From positions 42,160,001-42,224,000 of the forward strand of contig NC_135660.1 of the NCBI RefSeq assembly GCF_964188315.1: 64,000 bases of DNA, given 5' to 3'. A program made the translations under genes and the position numbers. Within the stretch, counting starts at the first letter, position 1. Each line of letters starts with the position of its first letter. Shown piece after piece: positions 1 through 11,500 of this stretch. This DNA is from Podarcis muralis. Lineage: Eukaryota. The notes under the pieces are model-generated. The model saw nothing but the letters and a program-made list of their open reading frames with translations. It did not search any database and had not been told where the DNA came from.

Positions 1-193
1 CAAGAGGAAGTTTGTGTATACAGGAAGGGGCTGCAGGAGAAAAGGCCCTGTTTTAGCTATTTTTCTAACTAAACACCCTGAAGTGATGGAACTTTAGCGT
101 GAGACACACATCAAGCAACTAGGTGAGCTCAGCTGTTCTGCCTCCATTTTCTCCCCCCGCCCCCCACTGAAGGTTGAGCCCTGCCCTCCTCAC

Positions 194-3100
194 CTTGCCC
201 TTCAATCGGAGTCTCTTTCTTTCTTTGCGGTTTATGTGCCTTTCAATGCTGGTCTCACCACGAGTGATGAGGACAGAATGCCAGAGCATGAGAGCGCCCA
301 GTGCCAAGGCTACTGAACTGTGGGGAAATGAACAGAGGAATGTTGCAGCGGGTGGGCAAAGACCAAGTAGCTGAAATAGCTGGAGCAAGTCGCTTATTGT
401 CTCTCACTGACAGCTGGGTGAGGCTTTTGCAGAGAGCAGAGAATAAGACAGCTAGAAAGCTCTGTGCTCCGGAGGCTGACTTGGCAGCTTTCTCAAAGCA
501 TTCCGGAGAGACTTGCCCCTCCTCTTCCCCATGAGCACCAAACAACCAGATCAGTTACCTGCAGAGGACCCAGGCATACACTATACTCTTGTGGAAAGCT
601 CGTTGGCGGAAGGAGAAGGTGGGTGGTGGTGTCTGAGAGTAAGTCTGCAAGGAAAAAGCAGATGTTGCGGTGGCCAGAGATGCAAGGATGTAGTGGAGGA
701 TGCTGTGACCCCAAACCAATGAGATGTGGAGGTCTTTCAAGGACAAATGGGTGGACGGACAGCACAGCACAAGACAGACACCTCTTGAGAGGCAAAGGTC
801 TTGATCATGAATCAGCGATGGGGCAGAGCATGAGTACCGGGGTTCAATACTCACTTCCCTTACTCCCCATTCATACATTATCTTTTGGAAGGCAAGAATA
901 CAGCGTCACTTAGCCAGCTGTGCAAACACTTCCTCCCCTCGATGGCACAACCAACTGCAGCTTGAATGGGCTCAGGCTCCCTTAGGAGGAAGAAAGGAAG
1001 GAGTGATTCTGCCCAGGAAAGGGAATCTGAGCAGTCACAGCCATGGCTGTAGAGTCAATTGCTGGGGCAGAGCAGCAAGCTCCCCTGCCATGCTCTGCCC
1101 TGTCCCTGACGAGCAGCGGAGCAGCAGGTACCCCACCTGATTGGCTGTCACGTCCAGTCTCCCCTTGTCAAGCAGTTTCATTTTCTATCGGATGGAAAAG
1201 AGGCTGCCAGTTACACACACTCAGTTCTCCTCGGCCTACGTAACTCCTCGTGCAGTTATCCAAGCCAGGAGGAAGAGCCCCTCCCCCTCCACTGAGAAAG
1301 CACCCCCCCCCTCCCATGCCACCATGTGCCCAGACAGACCCCAGTTCAGCCAGAAACCTCACCTCAATGGCAGCATAGGCCTCCCAGAACAGGTCCCAGC
1401 CGCTGACGCTGCTGTAGATGCAGCCCATGGTCATGAACAGCATGAAGGAGAAGAAGTAGCGGTGGTTGAAGTGCCCCACGCAGTTGTTCAGCCACGCTGT
1501 CCCTTGGGGTTAAAGGTCTGTAAAGGCAGGCAAAAATCTCCAACCCTCCTCACCATGTAACAGGGGATAGCCAATTCTGGATCTGCACCCAAACCGTACT
1601 GGTGATTTAATTGATCCACCTAATATTATGCCACCTGTTGGGGCTCCTTCCAATTTTGCTGCTCCTTTCAATTTGGGGGTGTGAGGAGATCTGCTTACTC
1701 AGGACACACTTTAATAAAGCCATAACCCAGCAGGCAAGAAGAACAGGGGATGATGCTTCACATAGGAGGAATAATAGTTCTGGCCTAAGAACCATTTCGC
1801 TTTGGTGCTGAAACAGGAATGCCCCCTCTGAAATGCAGCTGATGATTCCCAAAACATTTACTGAGACGTGCCTCACAGGAGATCGGCACAAATACTTTTC
1901 CATTTCCTCTTCAATGTTGTGAGTTTACCCCCTTGGACCAGTTAATCTCAAGACATCCTTTACTTTCCCTGGGGATATATATTATCACTTTGCATATATC
2001 ATCGCGCTCCTGGGACAAGTGACCTTACAGGAGACCCCCAAGTCAGTCCAGCTATGGGCCTGCAGAAGGATACGGCAGTGATGGTCCATCTTCAACACAC
2101 ACCTGTGGAAGGGAAATAGCATTTGCATTAGGGCACTATTGCACACTGGAGGTGAGACAGAAGGAGAAGGGGTTGCTGACAGCGCAGCTTAAATAGTAAG
2201 GAAATGATGCAGCTATGGAACATGACACGGTGCAGCAACACAAGGCAAGAAAAACAAGAACAAGTCACCACTCGATCCCTTAATGAGCATGCAAGCAAGA
2301 GACCAGCTGAAGGCTGCTTGGCGAGAGCTGGGTACTGGCTGCTCACTGGCCTCAATGCAAAGCCCTCTGCAGTCTTTGGCAATGTTACCTTAGTGTAAGG
2401 AGACTTCTGCACAAACTTGCAGGTGTTCCTAAAGGTAGAGATGCATATAGTCTATAGATACACAGATGCACCCCAAGGCTACACAGCATTTGGCAGAATT
2501 TAGCTTCTTGAGCATGTTTCCTTTCATTAAAAAAGGCAAGTTTCTAACCTTTATGGCTTGGGAAATAAAACCAAAGGTTTAAAGTGAGTGGAGAAAGCAA
2601 AGAAGATTCAAAGAGGAGGAGGACTGAGCAGCATTTCCCAAGCTCTGATGTTCTGCATTGTTCTTTACCCCTAATCCCACAGGTAGCAGACATTATGCAA
2701 AACAGACATATGCAGACTGAACATATTTGCCTAATTTATTAAAACCATACAATTTTATTTTCCCTCGCTCCCATGCCACCCTTCCTCTATTTACTGTACT
2801 TTCTTTTTCAGTGCAGAGAAACTATGTTGATGTTCTTACAGGTTATATCTCAGCTGAAAGTGTTAGAGGGACTCCAAGACTTCAGCATGAGAAACAGGCA
2901 ACAATTCATATACGTCCAGATTATTATGGTCATCGCAATTCTGCATCAGAGGAAACTCTCACTCCATATCCAAAATTATGAAGATCACAAAAGTGTGCAA
3001 TGAGTCAAGTAGTTATGCATCCTGCATTCTCGTGCTTTATTCTGAAACAAGTATTTGGATATTTGGGGGAAATATAAGAGAGAATCACAAGACGTACAGT

Positions 3101-4443
3101 ATATGCCAAGAGGGGAACGTGGAGTTCAGAAAGCTTTCTAAAATTCTCAGGAGTCTTTGCCAGACACAGGATTCTACACCAGCGACCACACGACATTTCA
3201 TGCTCACATACAATGTGAAAGATAAATGACCCTGGTTATCTGGCTGCCCATAAAGCATCTTTAAAGGGTTCGGGTTTCCATACAAGGGGAATGCCCACCT
3301 GTTGCAGATGCTGCAGTGGTGGGTCCGGGCAGGCTTCGGGGCAATACATTTCCTGCAGATGGAGACAGCAGCGACATCGCTCTTCAACTGCTGCTGGAAG
3401 GAACATCGGTAGCCTTTAGCGTGGTTGCAAGAGTGCCATTGCCCTTACACTAACCCAAAACACACTGGGTCAAGCATATTTGGACATGGGCCCTCTAGAG
3501 CTTGCACACAGCGGAAACTCGAGATCAGCCCTTTGTCCATAACGTTCTGTGTAAGAGTCACCAGTGAAAGAAGAAGTGGCAGGAAATCATGTCCTACCAT
3601 GGATCTCAGTGTTAAAAAATAAACCTATTAAAAGTGAAATTAGAGATATTGGTGCTTCTACCCTACCTGTGGAGGAAAACCGGGCTGAGTAGTGATGGCC
3701 ATATAGTAGTGGAAGACAATCATGACGAGGTTCCAGTGACCATAGATGAAATGCCAGAAGATCCAAAGAAGGGGGTAGGTTCGCAAGACGAGTGGCAAGA
3801 GGCAGACATACACTATGACCACCACTGAGCTGGTCAGAGTGATCACCAGGGCCACAAACACCTGTTGAGGGGGAAGAGGGAAGGGTCTGAGCCACCAACA
3901 CACTGCAGACAAGTCTCAGCCCTTTCGATGGAGGAATGTTTCCAGTGGATGGATCCCCATGCTAAATCCCAACTTGGTCTCCCCATAGTCCGAAGAAAAC
4001 AGCAGCACTGGGGGACCACAAAAGAATTCAGCAAAGCATCAGCGCCATCTCCTCCCACATCTGCAAGGTCATGTATCTCCTTGCCCAGCTTAGATGTTTG
4101 ATGGTGGCTTGAAGCCCAGGGCTCAAACTCTTTATTTCCTAGAGCTAAACATGTCTCCAGGGGGCCTGAAGCTGCACTCCGCTGCCTTTCCTCCCAAGAT
4201 ACTCACCACCCCAAACCAGCGGGTGACGTGATCCACCAGCCAGTAGATGGGCTCAAAGAGGGCGTCGAGAGCAGTGTCGCTATTAGCAAAGGAGTTGTAC
4301 ACCAGGGAGCGCAAACAGAGGCGCCCATACAGCCAGAGCTGCCCCACATGCTTAGTCAGCCAGAACCGACGCCGCTGACCTATCCGCAGGCATTTCAGGA
4401 AGAAGCGCATGACAGCGGAGTACATCCTCTGGCGGCTCCTCAT
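194..4443 (-). CDS. ZDHHC16: Palmitoyltransferase ZDHHC16 (DHHC S-acyltransferase), 3'-partial; last exon(s) lie left of the window
   Basis: Coding exons (minus): 4207-4443, 3667-3861, 3299-3387, 2074-2102, 1363-1496, 1137-1184, 559-644, 194-317. All are AG/GT flanked and phase-consistent (942 nt). Translation gives MRSRQRM...FEPIYWLVDHVTRWFGV...[44 protein letters not shown]...GETSIERHIN, the DHHC cysteine-rich domain, closely matching human ZDHHC16. Confidence 0.96.
1497..2073 (-). other. U12-type (minor spliceosome) GT-AG intron in ZDHHC16, directly after the DHHC micro-exon
   Basis: Donor GTATCCTTCT at 2073-2064 (minus). Branch-site-like ACCTTTAAC about 12 nt upstream of the CAG acceptor at 1497. 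These match the U12 consensus RTATCCTT / TCCTTAAC. Confidence 0.85.
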
Positions 4444-5343
4444 CCCTGCCACTCAGAGCCTGTGGAGAGAGGAAGCAGTGTTAAGTAGATACTGGACATC
4501 GGGTTTAGATGGAAGGCAAAGGCTTGGTGCCAAATATTCAGCGGTTGAGTCTACTGCTCCAGAATCACAATGCCAAGGGATGTAGGAAGGTGGAAGAGTC
4601 ACGGCTGATCATAGGATAGTGCTGAGGGTGAGGAGTCACTCTCACTTCAGATGACTCCAGTGCAGCATTGGTGGAAAGGTTTTGCTCCCCCACCACTGTC
4701 CATGTGAGTAATGACAGCTAGCAGAATGCACCCAGAGTTGAATGTGTCCCCTCTGTGGCTCTGCCAATTCTCCTGCCCATCTTCCGAGATGGAATACCCA
4801 GGCATGAATGTATATACACTGAGTTCAAAGGGCAAGAGATTGCCCAGAGCACACACAGCACCCCAAAGGCCAAAGAGGCACATCTATGAAGTTTGCATTT
4901 GGATTTCCTTTCCCAGCATAATGGAGAAAACAGCTATCAGTGGCTACTAGCCATGATGGCTATGCTCTGCCCCCAGTTATGAATCCCAGTTGCTGGAAAC
5001 TGAAGAAGGGCAGAAGGGGAGAGTGCTTCTGCGCTCAGGTCCTCCTTGCAGGTTCCTCCCAGACATCTGGTTGGCCTCTGTAAGAACAGGATGGTGGACT
5101 AGACAGGTCATTGCCTGATCCAGCAGGCTCTTCTTCAGCTCTCATAGCAAAGGGAGAGAATGACTGAGGAAACCAGGCATCTCATGAGTGGCAGAGATAC
5201 AGTGCCCTTTCCCCAAAGTTGTTTGCTGTGGTGTAGTCCAGAATTTTTAGGGTAGGGGGGATACCTTGAGTTAGGGATGGACCCTTCCAAAACAGAAGAC
5301 AAGCCCATGTAGAGCTGAGCACCTACGAGATTTAGAGAGCTGA

Positions 5344-6004
5344 GATGGAAATTGCAGGAACTACCAACGATTGAGGGGTGGCAGACAAAGATGATGGACT
5401 ATGCGGAACTGGCCAAGCTGACAGACAGGTTCCGGAACCAAGACAACCAAAAGTTTCAAAGAGAGTAAATTTATTGACTATATGAATAATTATTGTAAAA
5501 ATGTGAAGACACTAGTGGGATTGATATAAATCATGCAATGAGAAAACTCTAAATCTAAAAACTTTATAGACCATTGAGACAGAGTTGATCATAAGGATAT
5601 AAAGGTCTGAAGTAGAGGATATAAAGTGCAGCACAAAGATTTGAAAATTAAAAACCAGTTGAAGGGATGGAGGGAAGTCACGAGCTCAGTAGAGCAAAGA
5701 ATTTATTTGTTTTGCTATTGGTGTGCTGAAATATTGTGTTAAAAAGAAATTAATAAAAATTATACAGTGGTACCTCGGGTTACATACGCTTCAGGTTACA
5801 GACTCTGCTAACCCAGAAATAGTACCTCGGGTTAAGAACTTTGTTTCAGGATGAGAACAGAAATTGTGTGGCGGCGGCGCAGTGGCAGCAGGAGGCCCCA
5901 TTAGCTAAAGTGGTGCTTCAGGTTTAAGAACAGTTTCAGGTTAAGAACGGACCTCCGGAACGAATTAAGTACTTAACCCGAGGTACCACTGTATTTTTAA
6001 AAAG
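5344..6004 (+). mobile_element. 5'-truncated L1-clade LINE 3' end, with a MITE nested near its tail
   Basis: Translates RWKLQELPTIEGWQTKMMDYAELAKLT, like the L1 ORF2 C-terminus at 63000-63130. AATAAA near 5752. 17-bp TSD GAGATTTAGAGAGCTGA at 5327-5343 and 6005-6021. Confidence 0.8.
5765..5991 (+). mobile_element. Tc1/mariner (Tigger/pogo-like) MITE, family A
   Basis: TIR CAGTGGTACCTCGGGTTA / TAACCCGAGGTACCACTG, TA target duplication on both sides, non-coding, 227 bp. Confidence 0.9.
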
Positions 6005-7849
6005 GAGATTTAGAGAGCTGACATGCAGGGAGGGAGAGGATTGAATCCTTGCTCCCATGAATCTTTTCATCTCTGCAAAATATTTCTGGGTTGGGAAAGA
6101 ATTGACTGGTGAGAGGGGGTGGGGAGCCAACAGTGATACCTTCCCAAACCCAGTCCTGGTTATGAGAGAGTTCAGCATATCCCCTTGACATCTCTACCTC
6201 AGTTGGGGAAAATATCCAATTTAGACCTGTCTACTAAAGCTAGCAGGGCTAAGGAGGCCAAAATGATAAAAGAGGAGGAACGAAATGATGGCACTTACCT
6301 GCTCGCAGAACTCCAGCATCAAGCTGCAGCTAATCTAAGAGCAAGAGGGAACCTGAGCTAGGCCAGCTCTGGAGAAAGCTGATCTTGGCCAATTAATATT
6401 AACCAAGAATGTGACCCTACGAACCCCTCAGGGGTGGTGACAGTACCAGCAAGGTGGAACTTAGTAAGGGGGTCACAGTGCAGAAATGAAACAAAGAGAC
6501 CTAAAAAGGAATTTGGCACCACTGTTGAGAGATCAAATTATTATTTTTAGCGTATGGAAACTTAGGAAAGTAGGCCTATGGCTGACTCTGCAGCAACCAT
6601 TATGCCCAATCTCCACTTATATCTTACTGTACTAGCAACCTCTCACTCCACTCAAATTCTACTTGCCTCAAAAAGGTGTTCTGGTGCTCTCAACAGAGTA
6701 CATTCCTTGTAGTTAGTCTGAACACAAGTGACCCTATTTTGGTTCATCTTAGGGTAAGTTATAGCTGCACATTAAACAGGGACAATACCTCACAGCCTCT
6801 CACACATGAATGTATTTTCACAAGGAGGGGAGGGGAGGGGAGAGGATCAGCATAGTTCTGGATCTTCTTAATTCTGCTTCTGTAGAAACTTTGGTAAAAT
6901 TGAGCAACATGTTGCAGAATTCCTGCAGCGCTCTGCCCAGTAGCCAAATAAATAGCAAGAACACCTCCAAGTCTCTCCCCCACCCCCAAGGAAAACAGAT
7001 TATTTTACTTGGTTCACAACAGAATGTGTTGTTGTAAACCACTTTGAGATTTATTTAATAATAATAATAATAATATCACATAATTAGTTTTCATGAGGCA
7101 ATACATTTAGAATCAAAATTAGAGCTTTCAGGCAAAGTATACCAGCTCATATGCAGCTAGATGATAAAAGTGTTCACACACAGCAGCCCGTCTGTGTTGA
7201 CATTGCAGCAGAGAATAACACACACACAGAGAGAAAGAAAGATAGAGAAGCATTGTCTCTGCACCCAGAGCTCGGCCCATTCTCTGCCAGTTGAGCAGAG
7301 CTGGCATCCTTCCTGAGCACGGATTAAGGGTGATTTCTGAAGGCAGCATTGCCCCTCTAGCAGATGGCAGCAACAGCAGAAGTCACACAAGGGAAGATTA
7401 ACCACTGAGATGGTTATGAGACAGCGAGACCTGCGTGGGTGAGTCAATGGGCTCCCAGTGGGGTGGGGGAAGGGATTTTGTCTCCACTATGTTTTCTAAG
7501 AAAAGGGAGATCAGCTGAGGTTAAAGCTCCACCTCCGCGTGAGCCCCAGCTCGCCTGCTCTAGGCATAACAGCCCCAGAGGCGGTCACTGGAACAAACCC
7601 CAGAGAGAAGTGGGGACAGGGAAAGAAGCACCATTCGTATGCATCCCACGAAAGCTCTGTAGAGGCGTGGGGACCTGAAGGCGCGTGTCTACCGAGTTCA
7701 GCGGCTCATGGCTCTCTCTAGCCATGCCTCCCGGGGACGGTCTGTTCCAACGTGCATTCCAAGGATGCAGTCATTCGGGACGCTGCTAAGCAATATCTGT
7801 GAAAGCGAAGAGCACCGAGCCCCGGCTTTGTTGCCCAGACCGGGCACGG

Positions 7850-8520
7850 CAGCCTTAGCAAACAGACGAAGCCCTTAAGCAGCAATGGAGAAGAGGAGCT
7901 ACCCGGCGGCGAAAGAGCACCGGCTCTCCCGAAGCGTGCAGGGGAAACGAGGTCTGCCCCAGCATGCACCGCAGGACCACCGCGCGTCAGAGGGATCCCC
8001 CTCGCCTTACCTGGTGCTGCCATGATCAGGGTGTAGTCAAACCGAGACTACCACCCGCTCCCCGCGTTACCGCATCCAGCGAGGCATCCTGCTCCCTGTC
8101 TTTGACCACCCTCACCCTTGCGCATGCGCGACTCTACGCCGCGAGCGCCAAGCCGAACTACGATTCCCGTCACCCACTGCGCGTCGCTTCGCACGGTCTC
8201 CTCGCGTCCTCTGCCTATGGTTCTCCCTCTGGGTGCCCCGCACGCCCCGTTTTCTATAATAGCTCTTCCGCCAAGGGAGGAAAGCATGCGCAGGGGGGGG
8301 AAGTCATGTGACAGCAGAGCCGGCCAATGAGGCAGCGGCTCAGAGCCCTGTTTTCGGTGGGGGAGACTTGCTTCGGAAGGCGCGTTTCCCGCGAGGGAGG
8401 CCGCCGCTTAGACTCGCCCCGGGCAGGATGGCTCCCGCGCGGTACTGCGTCCCTGGTGGGTGACTGGGAGAGCCGGGGCGGGAGGAGGGAGGCGTCCTGG
8501 CTGGGTGCAAAAACGAAGTC
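7850..8520. promoter_or_regulatory. CpG-island bidirectional promoter of ZDHHC16 and EXOSC1
   Basis: CpG-rich. NRF1 motif TGCGCATGCGC at 8119-8129, ZNF143/THAP11-type ACTACGATTCCC at 8157-8168, CCAAT near 8325, ETS-like CGGAAG. EXOSC1 ATG at 8428; probable ZDHHC16 first-exon donor (CAG|GTAAGG, minus) at 8011/8010. Confidence 0.8.
8011..8100 (-). other. Probable first (5'UTR) exon of ZDHHC16, containing an upstream ATG
   Basis: Consensus donor CCAG|GTAAGG on minus within the CpG island. The first coding exon has its own acceptor (ccacag at 4460-4465) 16 nt before the ATG, so an upstream exon is required. The 5' end is approximate. Confidence 0.6.
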
Positions 8521-11500
8521 GCGCTATTGAAGTTCTTCTTCTTTGGTGATCACTCGTAGCCGAGTGTGATTGTCTTCCATGAACATGGTCTTAACCGTGA
8601 GTCCATAAGTGACTGTGGAGGCCAATTCTGGATCCACACGTCTTTCCACAGTGGGGACATAGGTTGCCAGGCGGGAGTTGATCAAGGTGAGGGTTTGCCA
8701 AGCGTGCCTTCCTCTTAGCAAGTTTCCCCCTTTCGTCCTGAGTTCCAGCCATGATACCTTTGGTAAAGGCTGTTCTCTATTTGGAGCGCTCGCAGGCCAG
8801 TGTTTCCCAGTTGTCCATCTTTCCCTTAGGGCTTAGTGGTGCATTGCGTCAGGGCTCCGGCCTCTTGGGTGCCCCAACGAGTTGGGGAGCTGTGCGGCTT
8901 TGCCAGCAGCCAGTGGCGTAGCGTGGGGGGTGCAGGGGGGGCCGGCCGCACCGGGCGCAACATCTGGGGGTTAGGGTTAGGGGGCGCAAATCCACGGGTT
9001 AGGGGGCGCAAATTACTTGCCTTGCCCCGGGTGCTGACAACCCACGCTACGCCACTGCCAGCAGCCACCCCTTTCCCTGCACTCCCGCCAGCTACGCCCC
9101 GCCAACCACATGGTTGGCTGGCGGGCTTGCAGCTTGCTTTCCAAATCTCCTCGGGAGGAGAGCGATCCCCGCAGAGGCTTAGGAGGGAAGCTATGCCCCG
9201 CCAACCTTATGGCTGGCAGGTGCACAGCTTCCCTCCCAAGCCTCTGCGGGGATTGCTCTCTTGCAGCAGCATGGGGGAGAGTTGTGCTGCCACAACTCAG
9301 TGCTCAACTTCACGTTGAAATGGCAGTGCTCAGCTTCACGTGCCCCCCAGCCGTGGTTATTTGGGGGCGCTGGGCAGATATTTGCACCCCGACGCAGCAT
9401 CTGCTAAAGATGGCCCTGGGTGTTTATACTACATTTTTAAAGATTTGCCTTGAGAGAGTCTTTAAACCTCTTTTGTTGACCACCAGCATTATGCTTTACA
9501 TTTTTAAGTTTGGAATAGAGCAGTTGCTTTGGAAGATTATAATCAGGCATCTGAACAACATGACCAGTCCAACGAAGTTGATGTTGAAGAATCATTGCTT
9601 CGACACTGGTGATCTTTGCTTCTTCCAGTACACTGGCATTAGTTCACCTGTCTTCTCAAATGATGGTTAAAAATTTTTGGAGACACCATTGATGGAATAT
9701 TTCGAGGAGTTGGAGATGGTGTTTATAAGTGGTCTATGTTTATAACTCCAGGTAGCTCAATGGGAGAGGTATCCGGACAGTCTGTGTTCAGGATGGCAGC
9801 AGTGGCAAACTGCAACACAGTTGCGCAGCCGGGTAATGTTAGGATTTGTGCCTCCTCTCCCTCCTGCCCCCGTTTTAAACCATAGGAAAGTTTTAAATGT
9901 TTGATACGCACCTGTTAACAGCATGATGAGAGTCAATAAATGGGGCTGGGGGTACATGAATTGGTCCTGCTTTTCACTATGACAGCTTCTCCTGCTGCGT
10001 CTGTTACTGTCTGAAAGGACAGTCAACTCTAGGCAATGAGATGTCTGACTTGCGTTCTGTCCTGCAGGAGAGAGACTCTGCAGCTTAGAGGAAGGAACCC
10101 CTGGAAGCGGCACCTACACCCGTCATGGTTCGATCTATGCCTCCCTGGCTGGTTGTCTCATGAAGAAAAGTGAGAATGGCATGGTGAGATTGAAGCAACC
10201 TCTGGGCAACAGTATGAGGGGGTGGTGTAGTGGGAATTGCAAGGACTGAATGCTTTGATGTGAGCAGTGCTAGTTCATAGTGTAGGACCAAGAGAGGAAC
10301 CAAGTTGGGGAGGTGGGGAGTGCATAACTGTGACCTTGGATGAGTCAACATAGTTCAGTTGGTTAGAGCATGGTGCTGATAATGGCAAAGTTACAGGTTC
10401 AATCTCCATATGGGACAGCTGCATATTCCTGCATTGCAGGGGGTTGGACTAGATGATCCTCAGGGTCCTTTCCAACTCTGCAGTATGATTCTGTGAATAG
10501 CTGTGGAGCTGTTCTGGGTCTCACAGATTCTTGACTGGAGGTGGGTCTGTGCAAGGAGGCAGGTGAGCTTCATGTCATGTGAACTGGATGGTGCATAATC
10601 ATGACACCCTATAAAGCCTGAAATGTATCCTGTGGCACCTGTAGTGATTAGATGCTTACATTTATATTATCCTGTGAATCGCCCTGAGACCTGTGGATAT
10701 AGGGCGGTATACAAATTTAATAAATATTAACAACAACAACAAGTGTATGATCAGCTGGTAATCCAGAAGAAGTGTTGAGACATGGTTATCTTATAGTGTC
10801 ATCCTAACACTTGTAAGTCAGTAGTTTTCACCCATGAGTCCCCCAGATTTGTTGAACTACACCTATTATCCCTGGCCATTGGCTAAACTGGATGGGGTTG
10901 ATGGGAGTTTTAGTCCATCCACACCTGAGGACCTGTGGTTGATGAGCACTGCTCTAAAGCAATGCGTCAGATAAATCATGACTAGTCTTCTTTGCTTCTC
11001 TTTAGCTCCCGGTGGTTTCTGTGATGAGGGACGTGGAATCTCAGCTGCTTCCTGATGTGGGAGCTACAGTGACATGCAAGGTAACCTCATTTCTATCTTG
11101 GCACAGTAGAATTGTCTTTCATTCATCTACTGGTGGGCCAAGGAAAGCAACAGGCTTGGCTGTGAACCAAATATAGAAGCTGCTTGCCACAAGCCTGACT
11201 ATTGCAGCTGAGCAATGTTTTCTACATCTTTTTATGTGGTGTACTCCTTAGTGTGTCTGATTAGGGCCTGAGAGACCAGGGTTCAAATCCCTACTCGGGC
11301 ATGAAGTTCACTGGGTGATCTTGAGCTAGTCACCAACTCTTCGCCTCCCTTATCTCACTGGGTTGTTATGAGGATAATATGGAGAGGAGAATCATGTTTG
11401 CCACCTTGACTAGCTTTGTGGGGAAAGGTGGGATATAAATGTCTTGATATATAATAAAATGATATGGATGTTTTCACACAGCAGTTTGCTTGGCTGGTGG

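Larger units (their letters stand above)
8530..9750 (-). mobile_element. RTE-clade LINE 3' fragment interrupted by nested DNA elements (EXOSC1 intron 1)
   Basis: Minus translation ...SVLEEAKITSVEAMILQHQLRWTGHVVQMPDYNLPKQLLY...KRFKDSLKANL (9420-9750) continues as DNWETLACERS...CPHCGKTCGSRIGLHSHLWTH (8600-8815, C2H2 finger); (AAG)n tail near 8530. Confidence 0.75.

Noticed and set aside
7718-8023. 101-aa ORF starting MAAPG, resembling an EXOSC1 N-terminus
   Set aside because: It is on the wrong strand for EXOSC1, whose true exon 1 is 8428-8455; only the first 13 nt precede a splice donor (treated above as the ZDHHC16 uORF).
8836-9670. 160-aa and 186-aa plus-strand ORFs in EXOSC1 intron 1
   Set aside because: Arise from GC-rich nested transposons and the antisense strand of an RTE fragment.
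9923-10014. Box C (ATGATGA) ... box D (CTGA) 92 nt apart near the EXOSC1 exon 2 acceptor
   Set aside because: No terminal stem, no clear C'/D' boxes and no recognisable rRNA guide; such motifs arise by chance. A snoscan/Rfam search would settle it.
10351-10425. tRNA-Ile-like sequence (also tRNA-like heads at about 11270, 15665 and 60650)
   Set aside because: Acceptor stem and T-arm are degenerate and each is fused to a LINE-derived tail, so these are SINE heads, not tRNA genes.
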